DNA of 64,000 nucleotides from Antechinus flavipes (GCF_016432865.1 NC_067400.1:78244001-78308000), one strand, 5' to 3'; shown: positions 39,781-52,738, counted from the first letter of the stretch. Made by a program: numbers and translations. Notes: a model not told the origin generated them from the letters alone.

Positions 39781-40936
39781 GTCCCGGACCCCTTCTTGTA
39801 CCTCCATCCATCCCCAGGCAGCACATGACCCCTCCCCTTAGTACTACTCTAAACTATTTGCATCCTGGTTCTCCTTTGTCCTGAAAAGGGGAAGACTTAA
39901 AGAAGAAAAATCTGTTCTCTTCCCTATAGGCTGCCACCGTTCCAATTTATTGTAATCTGTTTAATCTTTTTTTGCTCATAAGTTTGTTTGCAATGATTCA
40001 AAAGAAAATCTAGTACTATTAAGGCTCTGATTGATATAATTTAAGAATAATGAGTTTGGCAAGATTTGGGAAGAAAATTTGAATGAGAGACAGGGTGGGG
40101 GGAAGGGTGGAGTAAAGGAAGAGAGACCTAAAAAGAGATAAGGGGGCTGGGAGGGAGAGAAAGATACATACAGAAAGACAGAGAGTGGTCATTATGCTCC
40201 ACTTTTCAGTAAGATTACCCATTAAGACAACTATGAGTCAGAGAGAAGGGGACTTCGGTCAAGGTGAGTACTAGAAGAGGAAAAAGGCAGCTACTAACTG
40301 GTACTGAGGCTTTTTGGGTCTGGGTTAGTGTAGCCAGTCAGTTAGTTAGAAGAATTTACAGCCTCTAACCAGTAATCATATCTCATAATAATAATTTCTT
40401 CATATCTCACATTAACATTTCATATCTCACAATAAGAATAGATATATGTATTATTATTACACTCAGATCATCATCATTATTACATAGAAGAGCAATCAAA
40501 AATGAGAATGCTCATTAAATGAGTCCATTCTTTATATTAAAAACTTTCCTGAGAAGTATACATGTAGAAAGTTATATGCATATACCTCATCCTATACATG
40601 TATATTTGTTATACCAGTCTATGTAGGTTTATTATTATCCCTCTATACCTAGACTTAATACCATGATTTTCCATTTTAATGATTCACTAGCCAACCTTTC
40701 TTGAATCTTTTCCTTTCTTGCCTTCTGCTATTCCCAATGACTAATTCTCCAATCTGAGTAATTCCCAGATCCATATTCTTTATACTAGACTCTAGCATGA
40801 ATTTCAAAACATAATCCCACAAATTTGAGCTGATTTCACTTGTTACAAATACATGAAATATAACTTAGCTTCCTCACCATAATTCTGTAATATTTCTAAA
40901 AATTTTTACTTTATTTTTTTAAATGAGCAAAAGTCT

Positions 40937-41531
40937 TGTAATGCTGGAGAAACTGAGGCAGGAGAGAGATTAGAGAGTTTTTAATATTTTATTAATGGGA
41001 GAGTAAAATTGACTGGACAGGACTCTCGTCTCAAATTATCCAGTCAGACAGAGATAAGTATACTGGGACCAAGGAATCCATTTTGGTCCCAGGGCTGGAG
41101 AAGATTGTCATCCCAAAGAATCCAGCGTCCAGCATACAGCCACCAGCAATGAATGGAGGAACCCCAACTACCTTTTCTCTAAACAAAGGAAGAGGTAAGA
41201 AGTGAACTTCTGTCAGGATGGGGGAGGCCATAAATCCTAAGAGCCCAGAGACAGGATGTCTGAATACAAAGAAGTAAAGATATCAATGAGATATCTTGGA
41301 ATATTTTAGAGGGATATTGTAAATCCTTGAGGACAGAAAAGAGTCAGGAGGCCTACTCTCTCATTTATCTTGCTAATTTATAACCTTTGAACAAATAGTC
41401 CTCAGTCTTACTGGGTCAGAGGGGGATTTACAACTAAAGAGATTGAGACAGAACAGTTAAGGAAACTGAGACAAGGGAAACTCATACAGGGAAACTGAGT
41501 CAAGACAGTTAAAGAGAACTGTAGCATAACA
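40937..41531 (-). mobile_element. Solo LTR (595 bp) of an endogenous retrovirus, probably class I
   Basis: TG...CA termini with an 8/9 inverted repeat (TGTAATGCT / AGCATAACA) and 4-bp TSD GTCT (40933-40936, 41532-41535). Minus-strand AATAAA at 40988-40993 and TATAAA at 41377-41382. Confidence 0.85.
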
Positions 41532-41539
41532 GTCTTCCT

Positions 41540-43700
41540 TCTGACCATTCCATTCTCCCACCCTACTTCAAGTGAAAAATAAAGCCCTTTACAAACATGT
41601 CAATCAAAACATATTTCTACACTGGCCACATCCAAAAGAAATTTTCTTATCCTGTACTTTGAGTCTTTCACTTTTCAATCAGGAGGTAACTAATATGTTT
41701 CATCAATAATCCTCTGGAGTCATGGTTGGTCATACACTGAATAAAGTTCCTTGTTCTTTAAAAGTTGTATATTATCATATTGTTGTCAGTATATAAATTG
41801 TTCTCCTGACTCTCTTCACTCTGCATCACTTTTTACAAGTCTTTCCAGATTTTTCTGAAAATATTCCCTTCATGATTTCTGACAACATAATATTCTATTG
41901 CATTTATATGCTGTAATTTGTTCATCCATTCCCTAATTTGATACTAATCCCTCTTATTCCTATTGTGACCTCAAAAGACCTATCAATATTATTCTACCTC
42001 CTTAGAACTGGTTTTGTTTAGAACTAATCTTTCCTTCTAATTCTTTCTCCCTTCTCCCCTTTTCCTCTTCTATTCCTGTTGAGTGAAATTTATTTCTATA
42101 TTCAACTCAGTGTGTGTGTGTGTGTGTGTGTGTAACCAGTACAGGTTGAAGTGAGCTTGAAATGCCAGCTGCTTCCCTCTTTTCGACCTAAATTGTAGGG
42201 TTGTACACCATCATTATGGTGTAAACAATTCTCCCTAACCCTTCTTTCTCTTTTCTCTCCAACTCTACTGTATTAAATATCTCTTCACTTTCTATTCTTC
42301 TCATAATAACATCAAGACAACAGAATATTCCCAGCCTGTCTAATTAGCCTCTTTCTATGACCCATTAAATCAATAGAGTTCAGAGGGACCCATGTATCTA
42401 TATTAGAATATAAGCAGTTCATCCTTGGTTAGTCCCTTATCATTGCTCAGTCACATTTATCTTTTTGTTTCTCAACTTTGTTGAACTTCAAAGTTTCTAT
42501 GAATCCTTGGAAGTCCTCTATTTCATTAAAGATATTTCCCGCCCCCCCATGTGGTATTGTACTCAGTTTTGCTGAGTAAGTTATTCTTAGTTGCAAGTCC
42601 TTATCTGTTGCCTTTTGGAACATCACATTTAAATTTCTCCCCTTGTTTATAGTAGTGACTGCTAAATCATGTGCGATCCTGATTGCGGCTCCTCAATATT
42701 TGAATTCTTTATTTCTAGCTGCTTACAATATTTTTTCTTTGACCTAGAAGCACTGGATTTGACCTGTGATATTCTTGGAAGTTTTCATTTTGAGGTTTCT
42801 TTGGTTTTTTTTTTTGTTTGTTTTTGTTTTTGTTTTTAATGTTTTAATAATTGAATTTGGATTACATTTTGTATGTACTAAAATATTTTGCAAAAATAAA
42901 ATGCATTTATCTAGTCTATATCATTATTTTATGGTTTCATTTTTTTTATTATTCAGCAAATATTTACTGAGCATCTACTAGACATTAAACATTAAGCTAT
43001 GCCCTCTGAGAAATACATAATATATTTTTAAATTTTATTTTATTTATTTATTTTTTAAAATAACTTTTTATTGATAGAACCCATGCCAGGGTAATTTTTT
43101 ACAGCATTATCCCTTGAACTCACTTCTGTTCCGATTTTTCCCCTCTCTCCCTCCACCCCCTCCCCCAGATGGCAAGCAATCCTTTTACATGTTGAATAGG
43201 TTACAGTATATCCTAGATACAATATGTGTGTGCAGAACCGAACAGTTTTCTTGTTGCACAGGGAGAATTGGATTCAGAAGGTATAAATAACCAGGGAAGA
43301 AAAACAAAAATGCAAGCAGTTTATATTCATTTTCCAGTGTTCTTTCTTTGGATGTAGCTGCTTCTGTCCATTCTTGATCAATTGAAACTGAATTAGCTCT
43401 CTTTATCGAAGTTGAGGTTTCTTTGGAGGATTCTTTTCTATTTCCACTTTAATTTCTGGTTCAAAGAGAACAGGACGGTTTTCTAAGATTTCTTAAAATG
43501 AGCTATCTAGGGTTTTTTTTTTTTTTGGTTTTGTTTTTATTATGGTATCCAGAGAATCTTTTTTCTCCTCAATCTGTTTTCCAAGTCAATTGTTTTTTGC
43601 CTTGAGATTCCTTACATTTTCTTCTTCTTCTTCTTCTTCTTCTTTTTTTTTTAACAGCTTTTGGAATTAGTTTTAATATTTCTTGTTGTCTTCTGGAGCC
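41540..43700 (-). mobile_element. Old L1 (3'UTR and ORF1 pieces), host to the LTR and to a young L1
   Basis: Antisense L1 3'UTR and ORF1-like sequence that reads continuously across the 42805-43411 insertion. Confidence 0.7.
42805..43411 (-). mobile_element. Young 5'-truncated L1 with an apparent 3' transduction
   Basis: 15-bp TSD TTGAGGTTTCTTTGG (42790-42804, 43412-43426) encloses an L1 3' end (~43025-43411), ~200 nt of non-L1 DNA and a second poly(A). Confidence 0.8.
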
Positions 43701-44112
43701 AAATGTACTATGACTTACTTTTGAATTTAATATGCATTATTAGCATGTTCTCCATCACTTTCTTAAGCCTAGAAAATCAATAAATCAAACCCTGATTTGT
43801 AGCATCTTCTGATTTCCAATGTGTAAATGCTCCCACTGATCATTTTAACAATTGCTATTTCCCAGCCCTTCGATGGCTTCAGCATTGCCCTGTCAAGTAC
43901 CCTGAGAGAGTAATGAAGTAGGCCTTACTCTGGGAGAACATGCAATCAATTATAAGAAGGAAATGAAGTATAAGGAAAAGTCTCAGCTGAGAGAGGGGGA
44001 ATAGGGAATGATGATGGGAAGGAAGTCAAGGATAATGAAAAGGTTTGGAAAAGCCACTGTACTAAGAAGTGGGATAATGAGTTGATTAGGGAGATTTAAA
44101 AGTATTGCCTTG

Positions 44113-45406
44113 ACCCATACTTAACACCATATACCAAGATAAGATCAAAATGGGTCCATGACCTAGGCATAAAGAACGAGATTATAAATAAATTAGAGGA
44201 ACATAGGATAGTTTATCTCTCAGACTTGTGGAGGAGAAAGAAATTTGTGACCAAAGATGAACTGGAGACCATTACTGATCACAAAATAGAAAATTTTGAT
44301 TATATCAAATTAAAAAGCCTTTGTACAAACAGAACGAATGCAAGCAAGATTAGTAGGGAAGCAACAAACTGGGAAAACATCTTCACAGTTAAAGGTTCTG
44401 ATAAAGGCCTCATTTCCAAAATATATAGAGAACTGACCCTAATTTATAAGAAACTAAGCCATTCTCCAATTGATAAATGGTCAAAGGATATGAACAGACA
44501 ATTTTCAGATGATGAAATTGAAACTATTACCACTCATATGAAAGAGTGTTCCAAATCACTATTGATCAGAGAAATGCAAATTAAGACAACTCTGAGATAC
44601 CACTACACACCTGTCAGATTGGCTAGGGGATGCGGGAAAACGGGGACACTGATGCATTGTTGGTGGAGTTGTGAACGAACCCAACTATTCTGGAGAACAA
44701 TCTGGAATTATGCCCAAAAAGTTATCAAACTGTGCATACCCTTTGATCCAGCAGTGCTACTACTGGGCTTATACCCCAAAGAGATACTAAAAAAGGGAAA
44801 GGGACCTGTATGTGCCAAAATGTTTGTAGCAGCCCATCAATTGGAGAATGGCTGCGTAAATTGTAGTATATGAATGTTATGGAATATTATTGCTCTGTAA
44901 GGAATGACCAGCAGGATGAATACAGAGAGGACTGGCGAGACTTACATGAACTGATGAGCAGAACCAGGAGATCATTATACACTTCAACAACGATATTGTA
45001 TGAGGATGTATTCTGATGGAAGTGGATTTCTATGACAAAGAGACCTAACTGAGTTTCAATGGATAAATGATGGACAGAAACAGCTACACCCAAAGAAGGA
45101 ACACTGGGAAACGAATGTGAACTATTTGCATTTTTTATTTTCTTCCCGAGTTATTTTTACCTTCTGAATCCAATTCTCCCTGTGCAACAGAAGAACTATT
45201 CGGTTCTGCAAATATGTATTGTATCTAGGATATACTGCAACATATCTAACATATATAGGACTGCTTGCATGGGAAGGGGTGGAGGGAGGGAGGGGGAAAA
45301 ATCGAAACAGAAGTGAGTGCAAGGGATAATGTTGTAAAAAATTACCCTGTCATGGATTCTGTCAATATAAAGTTATTATTAAATAAAATAAAATTTAAAT
45401 AAAAAA
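44113..45406 (+). mobile_element. Young 5'-truncated L1 with TSD
   Basis: 215-aa ORF2 C-terminal ORF (44226-44873); TSD AAAAGTATTGCCTTG at 44098-44112 and 45407-45421; canonical TT|AAAA target. Confidence 0.95.
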
Positions 45407-45961
45407 AAAAGTATTGCCTTGTTGCAGTAATGTGAAAGATGAAAGTAGAAGAGGGTAGAATAAGATATATTAAGAAGCTATTGCAATAATTCAAATAAAG
45501 TATAACAATGTCCTCTAATAAATCTAATAAATTCAAAAACCCTTCTCAGGCTCAAGTGCCAGGTACTTCTATGCCAGGATCTTTGCAATTTTGGCTCCAA
45601 GTTCATCATGGCTTAAAATCCCAGGTCCCATGAGAATCACCTCCAGAACATGAAATTAGGCTCACAAATGGCAACTAACACCCATAGACCCATTTCTCAG
45701 AACCAGGATAGAAAGGCAATCAGGGGACCCTACCTCTGGTTCAGTTCATGTCACTCCTGTTGTAGGTGAACTGGGATATCTATCCTCTGGACACAGCCAG
45801 AAGAAGAGGCTGAAAAGAGTGATTTAATAAATGACAGTGGGCTCAATCTCATGTTTTAAAGATGCAGTCAACCAAAGCAGGCTACCCTGACTCACCTGTT
45901 AGACCATTATGTTAGGTAATCTGGACATCCAAAAGCCCCTCAAAAGTGCCTCTATGAGACC

Positions 45962-46435
45962 TACACAAACTGATGCAAACTGAAATGAGCAGAACCAGAA
46001 GGACATTATACACAGCTACAAGAAGACTATAAAATGATCAATTTTGACGGACCTGACTCTCTTCAACAATGAGATGATTCAAACTAGTGCCACTTGTTCA
46101 GTGATGAAGAGAGCCACCTACATCCAGAGAGAGGTTGGTGGGAACTGAATGTGGATCACAACATAGCATTCTCATTCTTTTTGTTGTTTGCTTGCATTTT
46201 GTTTTCTTTCTATTTTTTTTTTCTTTTTCATCTGATTTTTCTTGTGCAGCATGATAATTGTGGAAATATGCATAGAAGAATTGCACATGTTTAACATATA
46301 TTGGATTACTTACCATCTAGGGGAGGAAGTGGGAGGCAGGGAGGGAAAAAATTTTTAAACACAAAATTTTGTAAAGGTGAATGTTAAAAAATATTCATGT
46401 ATATTTTTTGAAAATAAAAAGCTTTAATATATAAA
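45962..46435 (+). mobile_element. L1 3' end, older subfamily
   Basis: gaaatgagcagaaccaga...3'UTR...aataaaaagctttaat. Confidence 0.8.
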
Positions 46436-46966
46436 AAATTATCTCCATATTAGATCAACATACTCCAAAAAGCCTAACCTGGTCCCTCTCTACCTTTATA
46501 GTCTTCATTTACCTTATTCACCCTCCATATCTTCTGTAGTACACTAATCTTTCTTTTTGTATCTCAGAGAAGACACTCGGTCTCCTGACTCTGCATTTTC
46601 ATTGGCTGCTCTCCATTTCTAGAATCTTTTTATCTCTACCTCCTTGTTTCCCTGGCTTCCTTCATATCTCAGATAAAATCTTACCTGCTGAAAGAAGCAT
46701 TTTCCAATTCATCCTTTATTTTAAGGTATTCTTTCTGAGATTGTCTCCAATTTACCTGTATATATTTTGTTTGTATATGGTTACTTTAATGTCATCTCCT
46801 CCATTACATTGTGAGCTCCTTAAAAGAAAACTTAAAAGTTGTTTGTTTATATATATATATATATATATATATGCCCAACATGGTTCATAAACAAATGTGT
46901 ATTTAAAAAATTAATACACATGTATAACCAGAAAAATAAAACAATTAATTAAAAATAAATGTATAT

Positions 46967-47109
46967 TTAACATGTATTGGTCAACCTGCCATCTGGGGGA
47001 GGGGGTGGGGGAAAGGAGGGGAAAAATTGGAACAAAAGGTTTGGCAATTGTCAATGCTATAAAATTACCCATACATTTAATTTGTAAATAAAAAGTTATT
47101 TAAAAATAA
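46967..47109 (+). mobile_element. Very short L1 3' terminus in an L2
   Basis: L1 terminal ~140 nt; flanking duplication AAAAATAAATGTATAT at 46951-46966 and 47110-47125. Confidence 0.8.
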
Positions 47110-48551
47110 AAAAATAAATGTATATGTATACACATATATGTGTGTATGTATGTATGTAGATTTTTTACCTTTACTTAAATGCCAGTACTTAACTTAGCAC
47201 AGTGGCTGGCACATAGAATGTGCTTAAGAAATGCTCCTTGACAGAATCCTCTGCTCCAAAATTCTGCAATGACTCCCTATTGCCCACTAAATAAAGTTCG
47301 TACTCCTTTGCCTGACACTCAAAACTCTTCATAGTCTGTTGCCACCCTACTTTTCCAGTCACATCTCATGACATAATACTACTTGTCATGTACTCTATAC
47401 TCTAGAAAAATTAGACTATACCTGTCACCCCAAACAAGCCCTTTTCTTTCTCTGTATTTTTTGTTTATATCATACCCTATGCACTAGATGTATTCCACCT
47501 TCCATTTGCTTTCACATATTGAATTCCTAGATATCCCTAAAATTAAATATTAGTATCTCTGGAAAAGCTCTCCTGATCCCCCTCATCAGTATAAGCTTTC
47601 CTTCCTTGAATCTCACTTAGATTCATGTCTCACATTTTGCTTCACATCTCATGCATTCAAAATATATTATTTTATAGTATACCAGAGGCAGAATAGAATG
47701 ACAGTGACAAATGGCTTTGAGAGGCACTGAGGGAATTATAAGCGGCAGAGTTCTGGAGAAATGAGACCCAGCTGGTTGCTAGGAAACAGGGCCAGATGAG
47801 GAGTTCCAGCCATGATACAGACATTCCTCACTTCATAATATTAGCTTATCAGGGAATGCGAGGGAGCCTTAGAGTTTGAATATGTGTGTATTTTTCTTTT
47901 TTTCCCCCCACTTATTTACTCACTTTACTATTCTGTCTCAATTAACTGCTTTACTATTTAAATGATGGTTCCTATCTGTTCTGTTGAGAATGGACTGGAT
48001 AAAGACCAGAGTTTTATTTGCATAATTATGATTAAGCAAAACATATCACCCTGAACCTCAAATAGGAAGAAGTTTCAGAATTGAGAGAGACCATTTCTAT
48101 AATTGTATGGTTGTTTATGATTTTTAAAGACCTGAAGCAGCCTTGCTGCCTGGATAAAAAAAACCTGCCCTGGAAGTTTTAATCCTTTACTCTCTGGAAT
48201 ATCAGTTCAAGAGCCCTATTCCTGATTAGTGACTTAATCACCTGACTCCTATTTCAGAACCATGCTTCATTTCACTCCCTAGCTATCTTCTTGACAGCCT
48301 CCCCACAGAACAGCCTTATCAGGTCTCCAAAACACACACACCCTCTCCATTTTTTGGATCCATGGTCAAATAAACCTTGTCATTTTTCTGGAAGGGATGT
48401 GTCAAGTATCATAATTTCTTAATCTCTTCATTTTCCTATTACTCTACAGACATCATGTAACTTTCTGTTCAAAACTGCTTCTCTGGTCATTATGCCCTTA
48501 AAGGCATTATCACTCCCTTTTAAAATGAAACCTTTATGATGGTTTTTGTGT

Positions 48552-48820
48552 TTTTATCTTTTTTTTTTTAAATTAAAGCTTTTTCAAAATGCATGTACAG
48601 ATAATTTTCAACATTCACTCTTGTAAAACCTTGTGTTCCAAAATTTTTTCCCTCCTTTTCTCTTGTCCCCTCTCTAAATGGCAAGTAATCTATGTTAAAC
48701 ATTTGCAATTCTTCTAAGCACATTCCCATAATTATCATGCTGCACACCCACAAAATCAGATCAAAAGGAAAAAAATGAGAAAAAACAAAATGCAAACAAC
48801 AAAAAGTGAAAACTTAAAAC
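48552..48820 (-). mobile_element. L1 3' end
   Basis: T-rich tail followed by antisense L1 3'UTR. Confidence 0.75.
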
Positions 48821-48980
48821 AATATTTGGCTTAATGTTTTTGTCATTCATTTGTTCATTTCTTGATATGAAAAGCTACCTGAATTTTTATTGCAAAAATT
48901 TATTGAGAACATTTTTTTCCCTTCAAAGTCTGAGCTATAATTTGGCAGCATTTTTTTTCCCTAAAAAAAGCTTGTGACCA

Positions 48981-49890
48981 AAGAGCTATCACACTGTGCA
49001 TACCCTTTGATCCAGCAGTGTCTCTATTGGGTCTATATCCAAAGAGATCATTAAAAAGGGAAAGGGACCCACATGTGCAAAAATGTTTGTGGCAGCTCTT
49101 TTTGTAGTGTTAAGAAACTGGAAATTGTGTGGATGGATGTCCATCAGTTAGAGAATGGCTGAATAAATTATGGCATATGAATGTTATGGAATACTATTGT
49201 TTTGTAAGAAACAATCAGCAGGATGATTTCAGAGAGGTTTGGAGAGACTTACATGAACTGATGCTAATTGAAGTGAGTAGAATCAAGAGAATATTGTACA
49301 CAGCAACAACAAGACTATGTGATGATCAGTTCTGATAGACATGACTCTTTCCAACAATGAGCTGATTCAGACCAATTCCAATGATCTTGTGAGGAAGAGA
49401 GCCATCTGCACCCAGAGAGAGGACTGTGGGCACTGAATGTGGATCACAACATAACCTTTTCACTCTTTCTGCAATCATTTGCTTACATTTTGTTTTCTTT
49501 CTTATTTTTCCCTTTTTAATCTCATTTTTCTTGTGCAGAATGATAAATGTGGACATGTGCATAGAAAAACTGCACATGTTTAACATATGATTGCTTTCTG
49601 TCTTAGGGGAGGGGGTGGGGAGAAGGGAGGGAGAAAAAAATTTGGAACACAAGGTTTTATAAGGATGAATGTTGAAAACTATGCATATGTTTTGAAAAGA
49701 AAAAGCTTTATATAAAAAGAAAGAAAGAAAAAGCTTCGGGGGGTGGGGGGGGCAGCTAAATGGCACAATGGATAGAGCATTGACCTTAGAATCAGAAGGA
49801 CCTGACTTCAGATCAGAAATCTGACTTTTAAAACTTAACTAGCTGTGTGACCCTGGGCACTTAATCCCAATTGCCCCGAAAAAAAAAAAG
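48981..49890 (+). mobile_element. L1 3' fragment with a CORE-SINE (~49748-49889) inserted in its tail
   Basis: ORF2 C-terminus and 3'UTR. Flanks AAAAAGCTTGTGACC (~48966) and AAAAAGTTTATGACC (~49885) look like a decayed TSD around both elements. Confidence 0.8.
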
Positions 49891-52582
49891 TTTATGACCC
49901 AGGAGGCAAGTTGATTCAAGATGTATTGAAATGTATTCAATATAATTGATTCAATTGTATTGAAATTTCATTCAATTTCACATATCATATATTGGAATAA
50001 TACTACTCAGGAGAACTGGTACTGAGTGGTGAGGTTAAACCCGCATAGGACTATTGATTAGGAGCTGTGAGTGTGATGGAATTATCTGTCTAATACTCAG
50101 AATTGATCCACTCGTTCTATGAAGAAAAGAAATAGTATATAGACAACTAAAATGCTAAATCACTAAAAAAAAGTTTTACAGGATCCAGACAATCTTCTCA
50201 GGTGTCATTCATTGAGATGGAAATAAAGGAGAACCTTGCAGGTACAACCATGACTGTTGTCTGACTGGCCAGTGTTTAAAATCATTCCTTCTGGAGGGCC
50301 ATAGGAAGCTTGGGTTCTGATCATGAGGCAGCCCACCTCAAAAGCAACAACGGGTTGAAAAAAATGATTTCGTTTCATCTGTGAATAAAATGTGTTTATA
50401 TATTTGAGAGAGGAATCCACAAAAATTAATTAATCCACCAGAATGGCACCAATAAATAAAATAGTGCTAGGGATAGGGATTCCCCCATATCCTCTAGAGA
50501 TCAATCCCTATGCCATAGACCTTTCTGGATTTTCTTTTTAACCTTAGTTGGCAAGATCACATGTCATAGAAATAATGAAAGTCTTGCTGTACTGGACAAT
50601 GGATCCTAAGGAATTATTTCATTCTAGTCATTTCTACTGGAATTGCAAAAAGGTAGCTTTAAGAGGCAAATCTGAGAGCAATAAGACACAGCCAGGTGCC
50701 AGAAAAAGAACCTGTTCATAAGAGTTATTTCAATAAAGACATAAACCTTCCTTTCCTAAAAAGTGAGCTTCTTTTAGTGTTTCCTTCCTTACCAGTGTGG
50801 AAATTCATCAGAGATTTCATTCATTTTTGCGTGGGGATTAAGAATAACTTTCTTGATCCTCCCCCACCTCCCTACCCCCAATTATTTACCTTCCTCTTGG
50901 TTCAATTAAATGCTTTGCTATTTAATCAATGGTTTCTACATAGTCTGTTGGTAAAGAATGAACAAAATGGAAGCTTGAGCCATATTTGCAAAATTATGGT
51001 TATCTAAACTATTTCATGATGAACCATGGATAACGAGTTCAAAAATCAAGTAATCATGCAACTGGTAGTTACTTTTGCATGTGTATATTTTATTCTCCTT
51101 TCTGAACTGTAAGATAACTGAGGGAAAAGATCATGGGATCATTGATTTAGAACTTTAGTGACTTAAATTTTGGATTTCATCAAATGTCTTGCACAATATT
51201 CTGCATATATTGAATTGAATTTGGAAAATAAGGTTAAAATATTGAACAATAATGACAATGTCAGGTAACTGATAGAGATAATAAATACTTTGATATTTCA
51301 AGGGGAGGAAAAATGCAATGGAAATTATAGATAGGATAATTTAGGGCTACTATATATTTTTTAAATCTGCTTCATAAATAGGTCTGTCCAAAAATTAAAA
51401 GGTTTCCACTTTCAGGCATATTATAGAGATACTTTCTGTTCAGAAGATGGTTGGAGTAGATGATCTCAGAAATTCCCTTCAAATTTAAGGTTGTGATTTT
51501 GTGAGATCATTTCTAATTAGGGTTGTTGGGAAGAAGTAGAGGGCAGATTTCCATATATCAGAGATGGGAATTCTGGTGCAGACATTAGCTAGGGTGGGGA
51601 GGAGGAGAAACAATATAATAAGCAAAAGGGCAAAAGGAAAAGAATATAAGACATACTCAAGAGACAATGACTTGCTCCCCTAACTAGAACAAAGAATTTG
51701 TGTAGGTGACTTGTGAGAAATAAGAATGGAAAATCATGGTTAATATAGGGTGTAGCCTTCTGAAGCACAACTTTAATAACAGAGTTTTAAATCATTTCTT
51801 TCACTATATAAGATGTAAATACTTTGGAAAAAGTCCTGGTTCCCAAATTTAAAACAATCTCATATTATAGGAATGGTAAATGAGATTAGGTATTATCATC
51901 CCCAATTATGTTATGCTAAGTCAAAGAAATGCAGGATTATTTAAGGAATGGTTAACTTTTTTTTGTAAGGTAAAGCAAAGTTATTCAATTAAAATTTTTT
52001 CTTTAAATGTTTATTTTCAAAAATGTTGTTTGACATTATTTTTATGTGACATTTTGTAGCTTGATTAATATAAGTGGAAACCATTTGAATGTTTTACTTT
52101 TAGATACAGGTATATCTGACTTGAACCAAAATTTTTACTCTTATTCTTGTATTATAAAAGTGCAATTGCTCATAAATCAATGTAAAAGTTCAAACAAAGT
52201 ATGTTTTCCTTGACTTTCCCAAAGGTCAAAATACAATATTTTGGAGAGATGCCTAGAAAAGAGTGGGAGGCAAATGATGGAAACAACTGGAAATTCAATG
52301 ACCTATAATGTTTAAATTCAAAACATCAGTTCTATCATTTTATTTCAATTATGTAAGTGTGAAATAAGTAGTATGTTAGTGTTTTCCAGTGTTTCTTTGG
52401 CTTTAACCCAAAGATGTGAAATTAAAAAATATGTCCAAATCCATAAAATCATTATGTTAGAATGACTAGTACTACAACTTGGGTCTGGCAAGTAGTGTTC
52501 ACAGAAAGCAACATGATTTTGTGGATGAAGCTTTGACTCAGGAAGTCTTAACTTCAAATTCTGCCTCAGATGCTTAATAGCT

Positions 52583-52738
52583 ATAATATAATATAAATAT
52601 ATATTATAATATATTATATATATAATATATAATAATAAAAATACAATATATTTTATAGTGTATTTTTATTATTATATATTATATATTTTATATTATTTTA
52701 TTATATTATGTTATATATATAATAATATAATAAATAAT
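52583..52738. repeat. AT-rich tract with a perfect 28-bp inverted repeat, interrupting a SINE
   Basis: Arms 52618-52645 and 52659-52686 with a 13-nt spacer; SINE head upstream and ggggcaagcc downstream. Confidence 0.85.

Noticed and set aside
43735-43860. Short hAT-Blackjack/MER63-like remnant, with a similar piece at ~56810-56960
   Set aside because: It is too degraded, and no TIR or TSD could be resolved to support a firm call.
44226-44873. 215-aa ORF, and similar ORFs at 607-909 and 60946-61272
   Set aside because: These are C-terminal fragments of L1 ORF2 in 5'-truncated copies, not host genes.
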